This document shows, one piece after another, positions 1 through 15,012 of a DNA stretch of 64,000 nt; the first letter of the stretch is position 1; every line of letters starts with the position of its first letter. The stretch lies in the NCBI RefSeq assembly GCF_009914755.1, contig NC_060935.1, one strand, 5' to 3'. The position numbers and the translations under genes were made by a program. The stretch comes from the human T2T-CHM13v2.0 reference genome, Homo sapiens. The notes beneath the pieces are model-generated. The model was not told where the DNA came from and did no database searches. It was given only the letters and a program-made list of their open reading frames with translations.

Positions 1-1080
1 CAAGCACAAGAAACATGAAAAAACTACTCTAAGGCACATCATAATCAAAGTGCTCAAAACCAGTGAAAAGAAAACAACCTTAAAAACAGAGGGAAAAAAT
101 GGCACATTACCTACAGAGGAAAAAAGGATGACAGAGTTCTCATTAGAAACAATGCAAACAAGATGAGTGTGAAGCAACATTATTAACATACTGAAAGAAA
201 AGATACTCTCAAGTCTAGAATTCTGAATCAGAAAAAAAGTCTTTGAAAAATGATATTCGGACATTCAAGAAGAGCCTATGGAATCTACAAAAATACTACC
301 AGAACTGATACATGAGTTTAATAAGGGCGCAGGATACAAGGTTGATATACAAATATCTATTGTATTTCCATATACTAGTATCAATCATAAATTGAAATTT
401 TAAATACCATTTAAAATAGCATAAAACTATGAAATACTTGGGGATAGATGTCAAAGATATGCAACACTGAAAACTAAAAAAATTGGTGACAGAAATTAAA
501 GAAGACCTAAATAAGTGGAGAAATATACAGCGTATGTGGATAGGAAGATGCACTAGTAAGAAATTCACTCTCCCTAAATTGATATATTTATTCAATGCAA
601 TCTCATATGCTGCTAGTGGGGGTGTAAAATGGCACAAGACTGCTTTGGAAAATAGCTGGCAGCTTTTTAAAAAGTTAAACACACACATACCATATGATCT
701 AGCCATTCCATGTCTAGGTATTCACCCAAGAAAAAAACCAAAATACATCCATAAAATGACTTGTCCATGAATGTATCTAGTACCTTTATTTTGTAATAGA
801 TAAATATGGAAAACAATCTAATTTCCCTCAATAGGTGAATAAACAAGCTATGGTATCTACATAACAGACATTACTCAGCAATAAAAAGGCATGAACTATT
901 GATACATGCTACAACATGAATAAATACCAAGGTAATTAGACTGAATGAAAGAAGCCAGACAAAAAAAGCACATATTATATGATTCCATTTATAAAAATTC
1001 ATAACTTTTATGGGTGTGTATATATGCCAAAACATATTAAACTGTACATTAAATACATGTAGTTTACTGTATGTATTTTA
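1..1080 (+). mobile_element. Old fragmented L1M element (ORF1, ORF2 and 3'UTR remnants with internal deletions)
   Basis: L1-like text such as 'aggcacatcataatcaaa' and 'gaaattaaagaagacctaaataagtggag'; ORF 483-770 is a degenerate L1 ORF2 peptide (EIKEDLNKWR...IPYDLAIPCLGIHP). Confidence 0.8.
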
Positions 1081-1506
1081 TAAATTATCCTAAACGCTCA
1101 AGTCTTATTTTGTAAAATAATGAACTTGACTAGCTGATCTCTAAAGTTCCCTGAGGTCCAGTATTCAAGAATTTATTCCTTCTAAACACATACACAGAAT
1201 AAATGTAGAAATGAGGAGAAAAAAAGGAGGAAAAAGGGAAATGTTTGATTTTAGACTTCAGTCAGGCACAGATTTTCATACAGCAAAAGAAAAGTGTCAA
1301 AACTAAGGTACACCCCCATATTTAATAAATGTTAGGTGTAAACAAAAATAGTTTTAACCAGTAGAAGGCATGCCATAAAATTCAAAGTACTAAAGAATAA
1401 AATCTCTCTCATACTTAACTACAGTATTTTTGCACTTTTCAAAGTTTATTCATGTACACTATCCCACTGACCTTGGCCCAGCCCATGAATGCAGTAGGTA
1501 ACTTAC

Positions 1507-1614
1507 CATTTATCAATACACTTCTGACAAAAGCTGTGAGCACAAGGCAGGATGAGGTCAGCCCGCCCATCCATACAGATACAACACTCCTCCTCATCGG
1601 TCAGCTGCTTCACC
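1507..1614 (-). CDS. RNF141: RNF141 exon 5 (108 nt), N-terminal part of the C3HC4 RING: [36 protein letters not shown]
   Basis: Hand translation of the minus strand; acceptor ttgcag| at 1615-1616 and donor |gtaagt at 1505-1506; phase matches exon 4. Not in the ORF track. The final exon is outside the window. Confidence 0.96.
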
Positions 1615-1955
1615 CTGCAATGTGAAAACTGAGCTGAAACAATTATATTCTCTGTCATTATGCTTTATACTTTTTGTTGCTTTAAAAAGCATTATTAAAC
1701 ATCTATATGCCCACAGTATAAAGCACAATATGACTCATGTGCAAAATCAGACTAAAATTAATATTATCTTTTAGGGATAGCAAATATATTAGGGAAAAAG
1801 TATTAAGAGGGCTACATTTCATAAAGAAAGACTAGATAAAAGATACATTTTGTGATAAAGAAAACATAGGCAAAAGTGGAAATAGTCAAATCTTTCTGGA
1901 AACAATTTAGCCCATTTTAATCATATTGGACTTAAATAAACAAATTTAACCGATA

Positions 1956-3370
1956 TAGTTATTGCATTAAAGACAGAGATACGGTCTGAGAAACTCATTG
2001 TTAGGTGATTTCATTGCTGTGTAAATATCATAGTGTACTTATACAAACCTAGATGGTTTAGCCTACTACTACATACCTAGGCTATATGGCATAGTCTATT
2101 GCTTCTAGGCTACAAACATATATAGCATGTTACTGTATGGAACACTGTAGGCTACTGTAACACAATGGTAGGTATCTGTGTATCTAAATGTATCTGAACA
2201 CAGAGAAGGTACTGTGTAAATACGGTATACAAGATTAAAAATGGTACACCTGTATAGGGCACTTACCATAAATGGAGCATGCGGGCCTGGAAGTTGCTCT
2301 AGGTGAGTCAGTGAGTGAGTAGTGGTGAGTGGATATGAAGGCCTAGGACAGGAGTGTACAATCTTTTGGCTTCCCTGGGCCACACTGGAAGAACTGTCTT
2401 TCTTGGGCCACATATATACTAACACTAACACTAACAATATCTGATGAGCTAAAAAAATTGCAAAAAAATCTCATGTTTTAAGAAGGTTTATGAATTTGTG
2501 TTGGGCCACATTAAAGCAATCCTGGGCTGCATGCAGCCCGTGGGCCGTGAGTTGAACAAGCTTGGCCTAGGACATTACTGTATAGCACTTGTACAGTAGT
2601 GTACAGACTTTATGAACACTGTACATATAGGCTATACGAAATTTATAAAAAATATATTTCTTCAATGATAAATTAATCTTTACTATAGATTTTTAACTTT
2701 ATAAACTTTTTACTTTTAACTTTTTGACTCTTTTTGTAACAACACTTACCTTAAAACACACATTATACAGCTGTACAGAAATATTTTATAAGCTTTTTTC
2801 TATTTTTAAGATTTATTTACTTTTTTACTTTCTAAACTTTTTTCTTAAAAACTAAGACATAACACACACATTAGCCTAGGCCTAAACAGCGTCAGGATCA
2901 TCACCATCACTGTCTTCCGCCTCCACCTCTTGTCCCACTGGAAGGTCTTCAGGGGCAGTAACATGCACGGAGCTGTCATCTCCTTTGATAACAATGCCTT
3001 CTGGAATACCTGCTGAAGGGCCTGCCTGAGGCTGTTTTACAGCTAACTTTTTTTAATAAGTAGAAGGAGTATACTCTAAAATGATTAAAAAGTATAGTAT
3101 AGTATAATAAATGCATAAACCAGTAACATAATTATCAAGTATTACTGTACATAATTGTAAGTGCTATACTTTTATACTATGAGCAGCACAGTAGGTTTGT
3201 TTACACCAGCATCACCAAGAACATTTGAGTAATGCATTGCATCACAATATTAGGATGGCTACGACGTCCACAGGCAATAGGAATTTTTTAGCTCCATTAT
3301 AATCTTGAGACCACCATCACATATGCAGTCTGTGATTAACCAAAACATTGTTAGGTGATACATGACCATA
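1956..3370. mobile_element. Tigger3/MER7-type (TcMar) non-autonomous DNA transposon, interrupted by MER30
   Basis: Characteristic 'tacaaacctagatggtttagcctactac...taggctatatggcatagtctattgc' body; degenerate termini. Confidence 0.75.
2349..2564 (+). mobile_element. MER30 (hAT-Charlie MITE) nested in the Tigger
   Basis: Starts 'caggagtgtacaatcttttggcttccctgggccac', ends 'gttgaacaagcttg'; perfect 8-bp TSD gcctagga at 2341-2348 and 2565-2572. Confidence 0.85.
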
Positions 3371-6300
3371 TAATTTATTCACTATGTGTAACACAAAGCT
3401 CCCTAAAATATGGATCCTGCCATCAGGGCCTTACAATGCTGACATTGATAATGGGCATATGAGTGAAAGAATAGTTTAGTCTTAAGTATCAGGTGCTGTG
3501 AGAGATACAAAGGGAATAAAAAGCAGTTTCTGTCCTCCAGGAGCTCTTTCATCTTCTTGGGAAGAAAAAAGATTTCAAACCTTTTGCTCCAGCCACAATT
3601 CAGAGAGCCCCTGAATGAGCCATATACCTTTGCAGATGGTATTTTCCTTTCCTGAAACTGCCCTTGTGAGTTTAGTAAGCTCCAACCTTGGTAACTCAGC
3701 TCAAAACATCATCATCTCTCTGCTCTCAAAATCAACACTTGCCTCAATGAAAAGACTTAAATATTGCATATTGATTGGCTGGCCTTTCCATAAACTGTAA
3801 GCTCTTTGAATATAGGGTGTTTGTCTTAGATTCTCAATAAATGCTTCTTGAAGTGATTTTAATTTCTTTTAACCTTTGTGCTTTTTTGTAATTTTTAAGG
3901 TTTTCTTCATCAGACATGTATTACTTTTGTAATAATATAAAAACTGACTGTTCCAAAGTACAGCCACTAGACTATAAACTTCTTAAGGATAGGAGCTATC
4001 ACTAATATGTTTTCCATTCCCTGTTGTGCTTATAGCACTGTATGTAAGATATTTAGATAGTACTTAAAATTTTGATTTGAATGTAAAAATAAATGTCAAA
4101 TGTATATTAAATATAGTAAGTGCTAAGTAAAGAAGGAAGAGATGAATATATCTCAAACTTGTTGAAATGATGAGATAGAAAAACAATAGGATTTTAATAG
4201 AAGACATTCTAGGTGCATAAACAAAGTTGTAGAGGTAAAAAGCAAAATCATGTGTGTTTATGTCTGTGTATATGTAACCAGGAAGCTGGCATGATACTTG
4301 GGTATGGAAAACTGAGGAAAAAGATTGATTAGATAAAGTGGAGATAATCTCATCCTTAAATGTCAAAATATTAAGTTTGAACGTGTCCTGACAAGCAAAC
4401 TACAATCAGTGTATAATCAAGGGGAAGTGAACTCCAACTGATATGGTACTTCAGGAAGATAAATTGGGAGTGCAGTATGAGGGACAGTCTAGAAAGAGGA
4501 AAACTGGTTAGGATCTTATTTCAGCAATTCATCTGAGAGATAATTAGGTCTAAGAAGCATTATAAAAGACAAATCTTTTATGTGGTAATAGATTAAGTGT
4601 TATACGTTAGTAACAGGGAAAAGAGGGAAGTCACTGAATTGGAATGGGAAAACTGAATAAAAACCTAGATGGATATGGGTCTAATGTATCTGAGTTTCTC
4701 AGTAGCAGAGAATATAACTGAATCTGTACAGAGTGAAAGAATATTCTGAAGGCTGGACTTTAAAAGTGAGAAGCAGAGGACTACAAAGAAGAGCATTGTG
4801 GAGAGAGATAAAAGAATGGGAGATACAGAAATAGCCAGTGGAACCAGTACAAAGTTCTCTTAACTTTTTGCTACCTTCTTAGCAGCACAGTGACCAGAAG
4901 GAAGGAGAGTCTTGTGCTGTTTGTTCCTGTTAGATCACCTGTAGATTGGAATATTTGGTTCTATGCCTCATACTCTGAAAGGCACACATACTGACAGAGA
5001 AAAGACCATCTGGGAAAGCCTCCAGTATGTAGACGAGACCCACATAAACAAAGGCCAAAGGAACTGGGGGTGTTTATCCTTGAGAACAGAAGGTTCAGTG
5101 AGAATTTGATGACTGTTTTCAAATATTTGAAAGGCTGGAAAAGAGAACAGATTTGTTTGGAGGAATTCCAGAGGGCACAGCCATTGAAAACAATAAATAG
5201 AATATAGTAACAATAATAATGACAGTTAACTCTTATAGACAAATTATTATGTGTCAAGCACTGTTCTGAGCATCTTATGTCTTTTAATTCTCTCAAAAAT
5301 CCTATAAAGCATATACTACAGTTATCAACCTCTGTTAGAAGATGAGGAAACTGAGGAAACAGTTTGATTTGTCAAAAAAATCACACAGGAGTGGAGCCAG
5401 GATTTGAACACAGGCAACTTGCTGCTAGAGTCTGTGCCGTGCTGCCTCAAGAAAGATTTTGGCTACTCTGAGGAAAATGAAGCAATAGGAAAAACTTCAT
5501 AGTGATTAGAGCCATCTGAGTATGAAAAGGCTTGCTTTTTTCAGGCAGTGAGTCTCACATAACTGCAGGTGTTACTTGTACTTGCAAGTCGGACTTGGCA
5601 AAATGTGGGTAAGCAGAGTCTTGCTATTCAAAGTGTTATCTGAGGATCAGCAGCATTGGCCCCACCTGGGAGCTTGACAGACTCTCAGGCTCCTCCTCAA
5701 AACCACTGAGTAATAAATTTTCAGAAGCTCTGTGTGCAAGATCTTTATGCACCATAAAGTAATAGGTTAGAGCACAGTTGTACTGCCAGACAGGCCTGAA
5801 TGTGAGTCTTGGCTAGAACAATTTCTAATCATGACACTTACTTAGCTAAATCTCAGATTCTTTGGCTGAAATGGGCCGATAATTGTACTCCCATATGGGG
5901 TTGTGAGAATTTAATGAGTTTATACATGTACAACACTCATCACAATTCTATACCCTGTAAGTAATCAATAAATGTAAAACATCAATGGAATTATGCATCA
6001 GATGTAAAGTTCAACTACATAAATATCCCTTAAGACCTCCTTCAATTTAGAAAGTCTCTTTCTGTGAACTAGTGTATAAGGGTATTATTATAAACTGAAA
6101 AAACACACAAAAACAAGAAGCACCCCTAACAAGCTAATCAGGAACTGAATTTCCAGTTTTGAGGGCACATGAAAAGGGATAACACCTTTACCTTCTTCAT
6201 TAAGAAGACTGTAACAAGAAAAAACAATACTTTCTTTTCATGTGCTACCATACAGCTTAAATACATTGGCAAACACCATCCTCAGCTTTTAAAACAATTA

Positions 6301-6604
6301 AACAAAACAACAACCACTATTCTGGAGAAAAGAAAAGCAGAAAAATCAGATCCATCTTTGAAAGATTACAGAATACAGGAAAGACAAGCCTAAACACTGC
6401 CTACCATGTTCTAAAAGTCACTTGGCCTATCAGTAACACTTGTATAGACCAAACCTAGAAAACCAAGTAATTCTATTAAAGATAATTGGGAAATAATAAA
6501 TGGAAAATACAGTTTAACTGTAACATAGTGCTTGAAAACCAGTTGGTTAAGAATGAACCAGAAAATGCAACTGTAAATAGAGCAGTAAAAAAAAAGAAAC
6601 CACT

Positions 6605-6889
<285 letters not shown>

Positions 6890-7664
6890 TCACTGTTAAG
6901 TACATTCTTAACTTTAAGGTAAAGGACACGGTGAATATAGATTTCTGCTATCTACCCAGTATGACAGTAAGACAGGATGTCAACATGTTTGGACCCATGT
7001 AAATCTTTTTCCAATGAGATATTTACAAATTTAAATTATGATCATGATTGTCAAATGTCAAGAAGTGGGAACTTTCATGTGCCAAAAGCATAACAGAGAA
7101 GGAAAAGAAAGTTTAGATAGAACAATAATGTATTAGGCCTGGGTAAACAAACATCATCAGAGAAAACTCTGGCTGACTTCATTTCCTTCTGGTAACTAAG
7201 TATATGCATTCGGTTCCTTCCTGAATGGACTGCCAAGTCCTGAAGCCAATATATAAAATTTTAATGCTTCAATTAGACATTTTTTAAAAAAAGTGGGATG
7301 ATTTTGCCAAATTCTTTGACCTAATTCCCTAAAAAGCTTTGACTGTCTAAGAACCTAAATACCTATTATAAGGAAGGTGTTAACTATCTCCTTTGTCAAT
7401 AAATGCATGCATATAGAGCGGATTCCTGGAGACCAGTGTGACAGAAACATTAATATTAAAGTGGCCCTGCCAAGCCACTTTAATTTAGCACTGTAACAAC
7501 ATCCGAAGCACAGAATAACCCCAAAACTGATCTCAGATACAATACCAACTGAGAAAAAAAAAAAGATTTAAGATGCTACAATGAGCAACAGCAAAAATAT
7601 TAATAGATTTCAGTTGTTTTCATATTAGAAAATAAGTGAAATACAATACTTATGCATTATATAC

Positions 7665-7846
7665 CTTCCCATCCAAAGACTAGCCTGACAAGATGTTACA
7701 GAGGATGAGTTTTCATCAGGTTCTTCAGAGGTGGAGCTCTGTGCCAATACTCCTGCTGCTTGACTTGTGATATCTTTATAAAGTTGAATAAACTGGTATA
7801 AATTCATGATCCGTGATGCCTCCACAATGCCACTGCTTTTGTTAAT
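7665..7846 (-). CDS. RNF141: RNF141 exon 4 (182 nt): [29 protein letters not shown]...SLWMGR
   Basis: ORF 7625-7825 overlaps; acceptor AG at 7847-7848, donor GT at 7663-7664. Confidence 0.96.
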
Positions 7847-8974
7847 CTAAAAATACAAAGAACATGAAAAAGAAAAGTTGATCATTTCTCTGACCAATTT
7901 TTCCCAAAAAGGGGGAACAAATATTTAGTCAAACATCCTAGGAAATAGGAGTTTTCAGGATTTGCAAATTACATAAGAAAGCAAGAGTCTGAATAAATGA
8001 GTAATACCATGTCCCCTACACTTGTGGGGTTCAAACTTCTTATACAAATTTACCTCATTTAACACACAAAATCACCCTGTAAGATTAATTAGGCATTATC
8101 CTGTTGATGGGTAAGGTGACTTTCTCAGAGTTAAGAAATAAATTTTAGAGATCAGTATTAACAATTCTTTCACTTTAATTTCTTAAAGAATTTCTTAACC
8201 ACAGGATTCATTTGACTCCAACAACCGCATGAGATTCTACAACTCAAACAAGTACTTTCTTAAATATCTTTAAGTTCTATTTTGTACCAAAACTTCTAAA
8301 CTAAAGCAAGAAAATTACTTTAAAATAAATCCTAACAAAAGGTGGTTGGACTTTTCCCAGAAGGCCATTTTGAGCTTTATCAAAAAACTCGTTTAATATG
8401 AGGTGAAACCAGTGGCCCAAAGGTTGTACCTTTACAGGTTGTACCTCTCCCCCATCCAGTTTACAATCTAATGTAGAAGATACTTGGGGCAAGCAGAGGA
8501 GATTGCTTTCACAAGCTTTGGGGAGCCATGGAGTGAGGCATAATGAAATGACCGAGGCCAGTAAGGTGAAGGTATAATGTTCTTGGATGAAGAACTTGAA
8601 ATCAGAGAAAGATTAGAGACATGAAAGACTTCCTTTCAGCACAAGACATAGGATGGAAGACTGGGGAAGAAGTAAGCCATGAAATCTATTAAGTGCATAT
8701 CAGAGTAAGAACAAGCAAAATCAGAAAATATTTAGAAAGAAATGAAGAATATAGGGAGAGAGACAAAGACACAGGGCCATAAAATTGTGACTTTAGGTTC
8801 TGGAATGTATTGATGGAACTAGGGGTATCAGAAAATGAGGTAGATTACATATTTTAAAATATTATTATACATTTGAATATTGTAAATGAAAATAATAGTT
8901 GTAACACGTTTATTAATTGCTTACTATTTGAAAAGGCAGGGAAAAAAATACTGAGACTCAAGAATGAGTCATGC

Positions 8975-9269
8975 GGCCAGGCACGGTGGCTCATGCTTGT
9001 AATCCCAGCACTTTGGGAGGCCGAGGTGGGCAGATCATGAGGTCAGGAGATTGAGACCATCCTGGCTAACACGGTGAAACCCCATCTCTACTAAAAGTAC
9101 AAAAAATTAGCTGAGCATGGTGGCACACGCCTATAGTCCCAGCTACTTGGGAAGCTGAGGCAGGAGAATCACTTGAACCAGGAGGCGGAGGTTGCAGTGA
9201 GCCGAGATGGCGCCACTGCACTCCAGCCTGGGCGACAGAGCAAGACTACGTCTCAAAAAAAAAAAAAAA
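8975..9269 (+). mobile_element. Alu (AluS-like)
   Basis: Full dimer with A-tail; TSD aagaatgagtcat on both sides. Confidence 0.93.
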
Positions 9270-9589
9270 GAATGAGTCATATACCATACTAAGAAATTTT
9301 AGAACCATCTCTAATAATCAGAAAGTTGATTAAATTTTGGGAAGGTAAAATCTATCTGGAGATGCAAATATACAAGGTTCTTTGTACTAAAAGACTGTAC
9401 ATGAGGTAGAGAATAAACAGAATTAAAAAGTAACAGGAATTTAACAGGCTTACAAAATAGATCTTCAGAGCTGAGGAAACGGGTAGTCCTTTGGAACTGC
9501 ATAGTACAGAAGAAATTATGGAATAATCCATATAAGGTCAGTACAGAAATAGCAAAGTGTATCACACTGTAACTATTCTCATCATAGGA

Positions 9590-10460
9590 TTCCTGAAACA
9601 AGTATTTATTGAGTACCATTATGTGGATGTTATTGGTACTATGTGCACTGCTCTAGGCACTAGCCACAGTGTGTATAAAACAAAATCCCTGCCCTCAAGC
9701 AAGTTACATGATAGGTAGGAGAGACAGGCAAATAAAATACAGATACAGATTAGGTTAGATGAAAATAAGTGTAATGGAGAAGATGAAACAGGGGAGAAGG
9801 AACGCTGAGGGGTTACAGGGAAGGCCTTACAGAGAAGTTGACATTTAAGAACTGAAAGGTGCAGAAATGAGTCATATAGATGTCTAGGGGGAAGATCATT
9901 CCAGGCTGAGACAACAGGAAATACAAAGGCTGTTTAATAGAGGTGTACCTGGCAAGGAGCACAGAGAGTCTCACAAGAAGCCCAGAGTGTTTGGAACAGA
10001 GTGACAGACGGACAGAGGAAGGAGTGGTAGATAGACGGTGAGGTGGGAATAGAATATATAGGACTTTGCTGATTTCAGTAATAACTGTAGCTTTGATTCC
10101 AAGTGCATGAGAAGTCACGGGGGGGGTTTTGAGCCAAGGAGTAATATGATCTAATTTACATTTCAAATTGTGATGTGGAATAGGCTGGTTGTTGTGCTTG
10201 GAATAGACTGCTTGTTGTGCTGAGAATAGACAGAAGCAGGGCAAGAGAAGCAGGGAGATCAGTTAGGAGGCTACTGGAATAATCCTGGTGATAGAGGATG
10301 GTCACTAGGAATAGGGTGGTAGTAGCGTAGATGGTGAGAGCTAGCCAGATTCTGAATACATTTTGATGTGACAGGACTCACTTACAGATTGTGAGGTATG
10401 AGAGACAAAGAAAAGCCAAGAATGACTCTAAGAAGTTGGTCTAAGAAAAAAGAAGGATGA
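9590..10460. mobile_element. Degenerate L2 fragment
   Basis: 'aagtatttattgagtacc...tatgtgc', 'ccctgccctcaag', 'gatcagttaggaggctactgg' are typical L2 motifs; boundaries approximate. Confidence 0.55.
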
Positions 10461-13113
10461 AATAATATAATTCATGTAGTTCTTAACAGCCACCTTAGTA
10501 CCTAGTTTTTAATTAATCTCTTATTTTTCTAATATTATTTCCATAAAATATTCCATTTAAACATAATTTAGATCATTTTTTATAGTGGATTAAATATTAT
10601 TTAAGGATAATCATAGCAGATGGCAGAGAGTCAAGAAAAAGACTTAATGTAAATACAGAGGGTTAAAGTACAATTTTTTTAAAGTTGTTTAACATTAAGA
10701 AATGTGAAACTCTCAATCTCCTATCAGTTTTTCATGGTGGACTTGACCTCTTTCTAACATAAACACTGACCTCTCAGATTCTTTCAGAAAGAACCTAAGG
10801 AATGCAAATAAAAAAATTTCTTTAGAGTAGCTCTAAAATCAAGAAAAATCACATGAAAAAATATCTAATTGCCTGTGCCTTTAGTACTTTTGTTTCTCTA
10901 CTTAGAATCTTATTTTAAGGAAGATGTTTAATCACATACAGATGTTAGACATATTGAGGCAAAAAGGAATTTGACTACTAATAAAATTAAACCTTAAGTC
11001 TGTATTTGTCAAAGAGCAACAAAAAACGAAGGGATGAAAAGCCTGATATATTCGTATTCCCTTAGCTTTCTACAATTTATATTGGCCTCTTCAATGTGAG
11101 CTGAGTACTTTATGAAATAAAAATGAACATTAAGTGTAATTTAGATAATATACTGTGTCAATAAACAAGGAAAGCTTCAACCTATCCCAGTCATTTAAAA
11201 AGAGAGTATTATTTCAACAGATTTTTTTTGTTCACTTAATATATACTGAGTTCCTACTATGTGTAAAGCACCGTATTACAGCCTGTAAGAGATACAATAA
11301 TGAATCTAGACATAGTTCCTGCCCTCAGGAGCTTACTCTCTAAAGGGGAGCTAAGAACCTAAACAACTTTTATCGTAATGCAGTATTATAAAGTATAAAT
11401 AATGTGCTGTTGGAATCTGGAAGAGACAAGAGAACTCCTATTCAGGAAGACTTAATGGATGAGATGGTATTTGAGGTGGACCTTTAAAGAGACATCAGGT
11501 TTAGAGATGCAGAAATAAAAGGTTGGCAGAAACTACTGGCTGATTATCCAAATACCATTCCTTCTTTTCATTGCCAGCAGAACCTTATTTTGTTTTTGTG
11601 TCCACCATTCCCTGAAATGATGCAGGAGTCAATCCTGGTTAGTCTAATCTAAACCAATCATGCTAATCATATTCCCTCTGTCAGTGTAGGTGTATGAAGG
11701 GGATATGACCCAATACTGACCAGTGAGTTCAGAAGTGACATCTGCTGGGTCTTTAATTTAACCAATCCTGCAGTTAGTCTATAGAGTTAGGATTTCTTGA
11801 TAAGTGAGAAAATAAGTATTGTTTTTGTTTAAACTGGTTTAACAGGAATTTTCCGTGACTTCCTAATGGAAGGAATGGACATCCTAGTTGAGAAAACACA
11901 ATAAGCAGAAGCACTGAACTGGAAAAGAAAAGTAACAATGATACAGTCTTAAGTTAGTTAAGCCTGATAAGAATGCAGAGCAAAAGAAGGTCATTGTGAC
12001 TAATGCAGAAAAGATAGTTTGGAGTCATACTGTAGGAGTTGGGACTATTTGGTAGGCAAGAAGGAATTACTGAGGAATTTTAAGCAAGGCAGTAATCTGA
12101 TGCGAGTTGTGCTTTAGAAAGGTTAATCTCACAGCAGCATAAATTAGAATTTGGAGAAGAGTCTAGAAGTATAGAGATTAATACAAAATCTGTGATAATC
12201 TGGATCAGAAGAGAGAGATCAGTCTGCTTGAGAGCATGAAATCTGTCTTATTTATCATATATTCCTAATGCCTCTCACACTTGTGCTCAAATGTTTATCT
12301 GAATAAACTGGAAGCAAAACACAGTATGGGTAAAACTGACAATCTACTGAGGAAATAAGGCATATTATTTGGGTAACCTCCAGGGTCCGTGACTCAAAGG
12401 AAAAATCTCCTAACCCAGGGAATCTTTATGGGTCAGTCGGGAATGAACTTCAGAGCGCTCATGAATGCCCAATTTATGGTTTATATGCATATGGATGATT
12501 TTGTTCTTTGTTTTAGAGCCGGGGTGGGGATAGGAGGTGGCCTAATAAAATTCATGCCTTCATTTAATCAAAAGGTTTGTAGCCTCAAAAAGTTAAGAAC
12601 TTTCTATCTGAATCTACTCAGTGGTGGTTGAGGCTTTCTAATACTCAATGACAGCTGGCAAAAAATCTATCCCATAACTAAAAATTACTAAAAAACAAAA
12701 AAACTCTTTCAATGGATCTTTTTTCTTTTTAATGAATGAATGTATTCTTAAAAGAAATGATCTCAAGATAACATTAATTTTTAAGGTATCATCTTAGAGC
12801 TAAATAGGATGTCACCTTAGCATTCCACAGCCAGCTAAAAACCCAAAAACAGAGATAGAAGATTAGTATGATGTAATGGTTAGAGATATTGAGGCAAAAA
12901 AGAATTTGATTATAAAAACCCCTGCTGTATAGCAATTAGACAACTCTAAGATTCAAACAGCTAGTTAGAAGGCAATAACAGTAACAAAACTATGTTTTAC
13001 AAAACCACCGAGTTATTAAAATGTATATGCATTATATTATCTTACAGTATTAAATATAGTTCTAGCCACCAAAATAGCTTAAGCTCAGAGGTAGAAGTCT
13101 CCATCAGTCTCAC

Positions 13114-13222
13114 CTTGGTACAGACCACCCGTACAACCACTTTCCAAAAAGCAGAGGAATCAGACCCAGGTTGTACCTCAAAGAGAAGATGTTTTTCCTG
13201 GCCAGAAGCCACTTTAGCCGTT
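13114..13222 (-). CDS. RNF141: RNF141 exon 3 (109 nt): [36 protein letters not shown]
   Basis: ORF 13042-13263 overlaps; acceptor ttttcag| at 13223-13224, donor |gtgaga at 13112-13113. Confidence 0.96.
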
Positions 13223-13566
13223 CTGAAAAGAGACAAGAACATGTTAATTTTATGAAAAATCATATATTAATAAAATAATACAGCCATGAAACTAGATTCA
13301 AGAAACAATTTCAGAGAAGGAAATATGAAGAAACACAAAAAGACAAATAATAATGATTATAATAACTGGATTCTTAAAACAGGGATAGAGAATATTTTGA
13401 ACATAAACATGCAACTTAATTTCTAAGGTTTTTAAAGTCAACAGCTTGGTGGCATGATATTTATAAATCTCTCTTTGTCACACCTATATCTCAATGGTCT
13501 TTAAATTTCTAACAAAGACATTTAGGAAAAACAAGTCTTAGAAATCAGGGACTTAAAAAAAAGGTT

Positions 13567-13878
<312 letters not shown>

Positions 13879-14967
13879 TTATCAAAATTTTTTGACTGTT
13901 GCCTCAGACGTATATAAAGCATGAAAAACATCTTGCTCTTGGTTCAGTCCTTGTTCAAACAATGATACTAACAAACCTCTTGAAAATTTTTGTTCAGATA
14001 ATTTGGGGCTACATCAAGTAAAACAAATGATTTGAGACACTTTATATATAGCTCTACTGTCCTCCCCTAGCAGAGTAATTTTAATTTAGAGAGCTAAAGG
14101 ATTTAAACATAAAAATGTATCACTTCTAGAAGATAATTCAATATCATGCTATCAACATTAATTTAAATCAGTTCGAAGACATGCTTAAGTATTGCAGTTC
14201 CCTTTTATCATTACTAACAACTCTCTCTGAGCACCAGTGGGGATATCACACTCAACTAACAGCTAAATAAAATGAGGCCATTGAAAGTTAAGCAACTAGC
14301 CTTAGGAAACAAAGTCTTCGGTGAAAATAATTCAGCCGTGCCAGTTTCCAGCTCTGTTTTCTAGCTGCCAAGCTTCGTCCTGTATAGGTTTAATTCTACA
14401 GTTCTCGGAGATCACTGCACGTCTGAAATGCCAATTCTGACCCATGGAAATTGGTTTTAAGAATCAAATCCAGTCAGAAATATCCTGTGCTAAATAAATA
14501 AAAGGAAGACCTCTGTATCACACAGTAAGCTTAGTTTGTGGATGGTTTTATAGGGTACATTTTATCTAATACCTGTATCTTTATGCTAAAGGGCAAAATT
14601 TTATACAATAGACAGGGTTTATGAATATAAATTCCAAGACTCTAAAGGAATGGTAAATGTCATTGATTACTGCTCATAAGAGTTGAAAATATAAACATAA
14701 CAAAGCATTCCACTCTTATGTTACTAAATTCAGAATCCTATTTTTAAAATTCTTTAAGAATATAATCCCAGAATTAATGCTTTGCACACTACCCTTTGGA
14801 TAATTTTTAAAAATAAGTAAAATGCTAGAGTTTTTAAAACCAATGACTATATTTTTATCATAAAAATACATAAATACACACAGTAAAATGTAAAATCTCC
14901 CTCTCTGCCCCCTTTTCCCACCATCTCCCAACCGAGAGACAAGCACTGGGAATAGTTTAGTTCATTT

Positions 14968-14970
<3 letters not shown>

Positions 14971-15010
<40 letters not shown>
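14971..15010. repeat. (AC)20 microsatellite
   Basis: Direct reading. Confidence 0.95.

Positions 15011-15012
<2 letters not shown>

Noticed and set aside
296-770. ORFs 296-706 and 483-770
   Set aside because: Degenerate L1 sequence
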